Source: Bacteroides sp.
GTDB lineage: Bacteria; Bacteroidota; Bacteroidia; Bacteroidales; Muribaculaceae
Direction of reading: 5' to 3'
Length of the DNA stretch: 64,000 bases
Assembly (NCBI GenBank): GCA_014803765.1
Contig: JAAVBC010000010.1
Location: forward strand, 26,451 to 90,450
Shown: positions 58,241-64,000 of the stretch, piece after piece
How the letters are laid out: each line of letters opens with the position of its first letter
Position numbering within the stretch: the stretch's first letter is position 1
Program-made: the position numbers and the translations under genes
Notes under the pieces: model-generated
Seen by the model: the letters and a program-made list of their open reading frames with translations, nothing else
Told to the model about the DNA's origin: nothing
Databases searched by the model: none

Positions 58241-59002
58241 TTAAAGATTCTTGAGGTCACCGAGAGGATATTTCTCAAACATATTCTGAGCCATCCATTC
58301 GTTGGCTTTCTCAGGACTCATCTTCCAGCCGGAATTACATGTAGACACAACCTCTACTACCGATGTGCCCTTCTTCGCAAGTGCGTTCTCAAAGGCTTTC
58401 TTGAGGGCAGCCTTGGTCTTGCGGACGTTTGCGGGAGTGTGGACACTCTGGCGGGTAACGTAGCATGTGCCGTCGAGAATTGCCATAAGGTTGGTGATCT
58501 CCAGGGGATGACCGTTAAGGTCAACGCGGCGTCCATAGGGAGTCGTAGCTGTCTTCTGACCGATAAGAGTCGTCGGAGCCATCTGTCCGCCTGTCATGCC
58601 ATAGATAGCGTTGTTGACAAAGACCATCACGATATTCTCGCCGCGATTGGCAGCGTGGATTGACTCGGCTGTGCCGATTGCCGACATATCGCCGTCACCC
58701 TGATATGTGAACACGACGTCCTCGGGCCATAGACGGCTGATTGCAGTTGCGACTGCGGGTGCACGTCCATGTGCAGCCTCCACCCAGTCTACATCTATAT
58801 AATTATATGCGAACACTGCGCAACCTACGGGAGATACACCTACCGTCTTGTCCGTAAGACCCATCTCGGCTACGACCTCCGCGATCAATTTATGAATCAC
58901 ACCATGGCTGCAACCCGGGCAATAGTGCATGTGCACTTCATCCAGAAGCTCAGGCTTGGAATATACCTTATTCTCCGGGCGGATTATATCTTTGATATCC
59001 AT
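58241..59002 (-). CDS. 2-oxoacid:ferredoxin oxidoreductase beta (TPP-binding) subunit
   Basis: YCPGCSHG, HGRA and GDGD...NNAIYGMTGGQ motifs. Confidence 0.95.
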   Translation of the reverse strand: MDIKDIIRPENKVYSKPELLDEVHMHYCPGCSHGVIHKLIAEVVAEMGLTDKTVGVSPVGCAVFAYNYIDVDWVEAAHGRAPAVATAISRLWPEDVVFTYQGDGDMSAIGTAESIHAANRGENIVMVFVNNAIYGMTGGQMAPTTLIGQKTATTPYGRRVDLNGHPLEITNLMAILDGTCYVTRQSVHTPANVRKTKAALKKAFENALAKKGTSVVEVVSTCNSGWKMSPEKANEWMAQNMFEKYPLGDLKNL

Positions 59003-59021
59003 TTCTTTCTTGCTTGATACG

Positions 59022-60104
59022 TTACTTGATGATTTTCTCTTCCAGAGCGTTAACTACCTCTTCCGGACTCGGGATAATACCACCCAGACGTCCGAAATGC
59101 TCTACGGGAATATTGTCGTGGACAGCGAGGCGAACATCCTCGATCATCTGTCCGGCATTAAGCTCTACGCAGAGAATACCTTTCTTCCCCTGTGCAGCAC
59201 GCTCTACAGCCTCTGTCGGGAAGGGCCAGAGTGTGATCGGGCGTACGATGCCGACCTTGATACCCTTTTCGGCAGCCATCTCTTTAGCCTTTGTGCAGAT
59301 TCGGGCAATCGAACCGAAAGCGACAATAAGGTAGTCCGCACCCTCTACATCAATCTCTTCCCAACGGGTCTCATTCTTCTCGATTTCGCGATAACGCGCC
59401 TGAAGCTCATGATTGATAACCTCCATGCGTGAGGATTCAAGTTCAAGAGATGTGATGACGTTGCGCTTCCGACCACCTTCTCTGCCATTGGCAGCCCAGG
59501 GGCACTGCTTGCGAATCTCCTCGTCTGTGCGACGCGGACGCTGCTCGGGAAGCACCACCTTCTCCATCATCTGACCTACAATGCCATCGGCAAGAATCAT
59601 CGCCGGATTGCGATATTTGAATGCAAGATCGAAACCGAGTCCTACGAAATCCACCATCTCCTGCACCGTCGAGGGAGCAAGCACTATCAGATGATAGTCG
59701 CCGTGACCGCCACCTTTCGTTGCCTGGAAATAGTCTGCCTGCGAGGGCTGGATCGTGCCGAGTCCCGGACCGCCGCGCATTACATTCAGAATCAATGCCG
59801 GCAGCGAAGACGCTGCTATATAGGAAATACCCTCCTGCTTCAGGCTGACACCCGGGGAGGAGGAGGATGTCATCACAGCTTTACCCGATGCCGCGCCGCC
59901 ATACACCATGTTGATGGCTGCCACTTCGGATTCTGCCTGCAATACAACCATGCCTGTAGTCTCCCACGGCATCAACTCCTCAAGCGTCTCAAGCACTTCC
60001 GACTGGGGAGTGATAGGATAGCCGAAGTATCCGTCGCAGCCATAGCGGATCGCCGCATGTGCGATGGCTTCGTTACCCTTCATAAGTCTTACCTCTTCTT
60101 TCAT
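59022..60104 (-). CDS. 2-oxoacid:ferredoxin oxidoreductase alpha subunit (VorB-like)
   Basis: KGNEAIA, GYPITPQSE, QAESE, SSSPG and ELNAGQM motifs. Confidence 0.95.
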   Translation of the reverse strand: MKEEVRLMKGNEAIAHAAIRYGCDGYFGYPITPQSEVLETLEELMPWETTGMVVLQAESEVAAINMVYGGAASGKAVMTSSSSPGVSLKQEGISYIAASSLPALILNVMRGGPGLGTIQPSQADYFQATKGGGHGDYHLIVLAPSTVQEMVDFVGLGFDLAFKYRNPAMILADGIVGQMMEKVVLPEQRPRRTDEEIRKQCPWAANGREGGRKRNVITSLELESSRMEVINHELQARYREIEKNETRWEEIDVEGADYLIVAFGSIARICTKAKEMAAEKGIKVGIVRPITLWPFPTEAVERAAQGKKGILCVELNAGQMIEDVRLAVHDNIPVEHFGRLGGIIPSPEEVVNALEEKIIK

Positions 60105-60190
60105 ATCTGGTTTTGTTAAATTCAAGGTTAGTGATTTGCTGATTTTCTGAATCGGAATCTTTTAATCCCGATCTGTCATTCCTTTTTCTA

Positions 60191-60421
60191 TCAGTCAACT
60201 TTTACGCGATACACCTCTATACATGCATCCGGACATACCCAGGCGCATGAACAACACCCTGTGCAATTGTCGGGATTCGCCATAAATGCGTAGTGATAAC
60301 CGCGGTCGTTGACCTCATTGGGCTGAAGCGATAAAGTGTCTGTCGGACATGCCACAACACAAAGATTGCATCCCTTGCAACGCTCGACGTTGACAGTGAC
60401 TGCTCCTTTTACTTTTGCCAT
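60191..60421 (-). CDS. 2[4Fe-4S] ferredoxin (delta subunit)
   Basis: CKGCNLCVVACP and CTGCCSCAWVCP motifs. Confidence 0.95.
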   Translation of the reverse strand: MAKVKGAVTVNVERCKGCNLCVVACPTDTLSLQPNEVNDRGYHYAFMANPDNCTGCCSCAWVCPDACIEVYRVKVD

Positions 60422-60527
60422 ATTCTTATTATTTAATAATTTAGCCGCAGCCGGAGGGGCTGCTATGCTTTTCATGATGTTACTTTATACAAAAATAGAC
60501 CTATTTCGCGGGATTTTAAAAGATTGA

Positions 60528-61226
60528 TTATATGTTATGCAACATATTTTTCAAAATTTCTATCCCTTTCGTAGCCGGCTCTGCTATGACCGTCACATTC
60601 GGAATTCCCGGAGTCGGCGCCGGATGTGGGTCTATATAGTAAATCGGTGTGCCGGGACGAACATAGTTGATTAATCCCGCAGCCGGATACACCACCAAAG
60701 ACGTGCCGACAACTACGAATATATCCGCTTTTTCCACAATCCTTATCGCCTCCTCGATCATCGGCACAGGCTCCTGAAAGAAGACTATGTGAGGACGCAT
60801 CAGATCGCCGCGCTTGCCGCGTGTCGAAGGCGAAGTCGATAAATGCTCTATATCAAGAGTCTCTATGTAATCAGGATCAGCCACGGAGCGAATCTTCATC
60901 AATTCTCCGTGCAGGTGAGTAATATGACTCGAACCGGCTCGCTCATGAAGATCATCTACATTCTGAGTGATGATATACACATCATAATCCTTCTCAAGAT
61001 CCACCAACCCTTTGTGGGCGGCATTCGGTTCTACCTCAAGCAATGCTTTCCTGCGGGCATTATAGAATTCGTGGACAAGCTCCGGATTCCTCCGAAATCC
61101 GTCCGCCGATGCGACATCCATCACCGGATAATTCTCCCAAAGACCGTCGGCATCCCTGAAAGTGTTAATGCCGCTCTCTTTGGAAATCCCGGCTCCGGTC
61201 GACACCACTAATATTTTTTTAGCCAT
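60528..61226 (-). CDS. cobB: Sir2-family NAD-dependent deacylase
   Basis: TGAGISKESG..TFR, TQNVDDLHERAG, HLHG and GTSLVVYPAA motifs. Confidence 0.93.
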   Translation of the reverse strand: MAKKILVVSTGAGISKESGINTFRDADGLWENYPVMDVASADGFRRNPELVHEFYNARRKALLEVEPNAAHKGLVDLEKDYDVYIITQNVDDLHERAGSSHITHLHGELMKIRSVADPDYIETLDIEHLSTSPSTRGKRGDLMRPHIVFFQEPVPMIEEAIRIVEKADIFVVVGTSLVVYPAAGLINYVRPGTPIYYIDPHPAPTPGIPNVTVIAEPATKGIEILKNMLHNI

Positions 61227-61431
61227 TATTTAACTCTTAATATTTTCTTTTTTACAAATTTATAATTATTTTTGCAATATCCAATCCCGGATCACTCGTT
61301 TAACACTTTTTTCACTTTGCTTCCGCGCCTGTCCAAGAGGTTCGGAAAGTCGGAAAAATTGACACTACTCGGGTGCCTCTATATTCGATTATAATTTAAT
61401 ATCTAATTAATAATCAATCTTTTTCAAAAAA

Positions 61432-63054
61432 ATGAAAAAACTTTTACTTTCAATCGTGGCGCTCGCAGGCTTCGCAGGCGTAGCCGTCGCTGAGGATTAT
61501 CCGACAGGATCTGCCTCCGCTCCTCTGACAGTGGCTGATTTCATCAGCCAGGGTGCTCCCGCTAAAGGAAGCGGCGTTGCAGGCACATACGTCAAAGGCT
61601 ACATTGTCGGCGATGCTACCGGCATGAACCTCTCTTCAGGTATCGAATGGGAAGCTCCCTTTACTTCCGGAACCAACATCCTCATCGCTGCTTCAAGCTC
61701 TGAGACCGACATCACCCGCTGCATCCCCGTGCAGCTCCCCACTGGTGATGTCCGCACAAATCTCAACCTCCAGGCAAATCCCAACAATCTGGAGCACTGC
61801 ATTATCCTCTGCGGTTCACGCGAGACTTACTTCAGCGTTCCCGGTCTGAAGACTGTCACAAGCTATGAATGGGTTGGCGACGCTCCCACTCCCGGTGGTG
61901 GCGAAGTTGTTACTCCTCCCGTTGCAAGCACTCACCTCTTCGAGGGTCTGACTGCTTCTACTTATAAAGAGTGGACTATCAACGACGGCAATCTCACAGA
62001 GGGCATCTCTTACGTATGGAAATGGGACAGCTCTTACAACTACATGACGGCATCTGCTTATGTAAGCGGCACAAGCTATGCTACTGACGCAACTCTCACT
62101 TCTCCCGTAATCGACCTTACTAACGCTACTGACTGCGCCCTCACAATGACTAATATCATCAACAAGGGTGGCGTGGACGCTTGTAAGATCTATGTGCAGG
62201 AAGTCGGTGGTGCTCGCGTGGCTCTCGACGTTCAGCCCATGCCCGCAGGCACAAGCTGGGAGAAGATCGAAGGCACTGCTTCTCTCAAGGCTTTCGACGG
62301 CAAGAAGATCCAGATCATCCTTAACTACGTTTCCACTACTTCCAACTGCCCGACTTGGGAGGTTTGCAATGTCTACATCGACGGCAACGGCACAGGCAGC
62401 ACTACTCCCGTAGTTCCCGGCGCTCACGTTTATCAGGGTCTGCTCGAAAGCAGCGCTTCTCTGACAGGCTGGACTCTCGAGACTGTAGAAGAATGTGCGG
62501 AAGTTGAAAATATCTTCTCTTGGAAGACTTACAACAACTCTTCTTACCTCAATGGCACCACTAACCTCGGCGGCACTCCCTACTCAGGCTCTGCAATCGC
62601 TTACTCTGAAGTGATCGACCTCACTGAATATACAGAGCTCACTGCTACTTTCGAGCACTGCGCTAAGTTCCAGACTACTCTTAAGGATCTCTGCTGGTTT
62701 GGCGTTCGCGAGGAAGGCGCAACTGACTGGACTAAGCTCACTATCCCCACATGGCCCGAAGCAGGCGCTTGGACTTGGGCAAATGCAGGCACTATCGATC
62801 TCTCTGCTTACAACGGCAAGAAGATTCAGCTCTGCTTCTGGTATGAAGGCAGCGCTACACTCGGTGCTGACACTTGGGAAATCCGCAACGTCTACGTTGA
62901 CGGCTCCAAGAAGGCTACAGGCGTTGAGGAAGTGGCTGTAGAAGAGGGCGAGGCTCTCTACTTCAACCTCCAGGGCGTACAGGTTGCAAACCCCGAAAAC
63001 GGTCTCTACGTTAAGGTCGTTAACGGCAAGGCCACTAAAGTTTACGTTAAATAA
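61432..63054 (+). CDS. T9SS-secreted protein: N-terminal DUF6359-like OB module, two choice-of-anchor-J/MAM-like beta-sandwiches, CTD
   Basis: Signal peptide; YVKGYIVG...TNILIA...PVQLP; repeated (S)P/E.IDLT and LS/KA(Y/F).GKKIQ; C-terminus YFNLQGVQVANPENGLYVKVVNGKATKVYVK. Confidence 0.8.
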   Translation: MKKLLLSIVALAGFAGVAVAEDYPTGSASAPLTVADFISQGAPAKGSGVAGTYVKGYIVGDATGMNLSSGIEWEAPFTSGTNILIAASSSETDITRCIPVQLPTGDVRTNLNLQANPNNLEHCIILCGSRETYFSVPGLKTVTSYEWVGDAPTPGGGEVVTPPVASTHLFEGLTASTYKEWTINDGNLTEGISYVWKWDSSYNYMTASAYVSGTSYATDATLTSPVIDLTNATDCALTMTNIINKGGVDACKIYVQEVGGARVALDVQPMPAGTSWEKIEGTASLKAFDGKKIQIILNYVSTTSNCPTWEVCNVYIDGNGTGSTTPVVPGAHVYQGLLESSASLTGWTLETVEECAEVENIFSWKTYNNSSYLNGTTNLGGTPYSGSAIAYSEVIDLTEYTELTATFEHCAKFQTTLKDLCWFGVREEGATDWTKLTIPTWPEAGAWTWANAGTIDLSAYNGKKIQLCFWYEGSATLGADTWEIRNVYVDGSKKATGVEEVAVEEGEALYFNLQGVQVANPENGLYVKVVNGKATKVYVK

Positions 63055-63077
63055 GTATCCTCCGATAAATCTATCAT

Positions 63078-63109
63078 AAAAGCGTGTCGCTCCGGCGACA
63101 CGCTTTTTT
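63078..63109 (+). terminator. Terminator after the T9SS protein
   Basis: AAAAGCGTGTCGC-TCCG-GCGACACGCTTTTT. Confidence 0.9.
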
Positions 63110-63164
63110 ATCCAAATAAAAAAAACGGAGTCTTCTTCACGAGGACTCCGTTTTTTATTTGGAT
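63110..63164. terminator. Second, bidirectional terminator
   Basis: TCCAAATAAAAAAAACGGAGTC...GACTCCGTTTTTTATTTGGA. Confidence 0.85.
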
Positions 63165-63632
63165 AATTTTTACTGACCTCAGATAGATCTTTAGTCAGTC
63201 TATCCAACAAGTACCAATATTCAACCAAATTAACATTCTGTTCGAATCTGCCCTATAGAAGTATCGACAGATCCGACGATTCGTTACTCCTGCCCTATTG
63301 AATATCGGATTATTTTGCTCGCGCAATTTTTGCCTCAGGCAGGATCTCTATTTTATCTTTCTTATCTACCGATGCAAATATGACAATAATTTTTCATTTG
63401 TCAAAATATTTTTGAAATTATTTTAAAATAATCTAAAATATTTTTGATTATTCTTTCTATTTTATCAATATGCTTTATACTAATAGCATTTTGATATATT
63501 TCATTATGCTATCTTAAAACCGAAATAAATAGATTTATTGAAGAATAATTATCACTTAATTCTTATTTTATTGGCATAATAACCGATATTTATCCGGCAA
63601 AACGTTGACAATTGTCAAAACTCCTTAAAAGA

Positions 63633-63664
63633 AACGCCCCGCGAACTTTCGTTCGCAGGGCGTT
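63633..63664 (-). terminator. Terminator after gap
   Basis: AACGCCCCGCGAAC-TTTC-GTTCGCAGGGCGTT. Confidence 0.75.
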
Positions 63665-63711
63665 ATGGATTCTTGCGGAGTAATCTCCGCAAAATATTCG
63701 TGAGTCAGGTA

Positions 63712-64000
<289 letters not shown>

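Overview
Chromosomal window from a Bacteroidales gut bacterium, most likely Muribaculaceae-like. This is inferred from TAnnTTTG/TTTG promoters, T9SS genes porW/sprE and porX, and T9SS-CTD cargo proteins. Most of it is ordinary: a secreted GH13 amylase, a MacAB-TolC-type efflux operon, housekeeping genes (rbfA, aroQ, tyrS, aroA, queA, rnpA, ruvB, rpsT, mgtE, mutS, tatD, a 2-oxoacid:ferredoxin oxidoreductase operon, cobB, partial gap) and five tRNAs. The unusual part is an integrase-free accessory patch at about 45.83-53.55 kb with four elements. (i) About 1.7 kb of non-coding, nested inverted repeats, with GTAG-REP-like hairpins and many GCGAAGC mini-hairpins. (ii) An AT-rich two-gene surface module: a small T9SS-CTD protein plus a CTD-less glycan-binding partner. 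(iii) Two sequence-divergent but structurally covarying ~250-nt leader RNAs with an attenuator-like architecture, each behind a canonical promoter. (iv) An AAA/DUF4143-type ATPase cassette with 33-bp-periodic palindromic operator-like repeats, present once intact and once as an internally deleted copy, each abutting one of the leader promoters. All calls come from reading the sequence and the ORF track; no searches were run.
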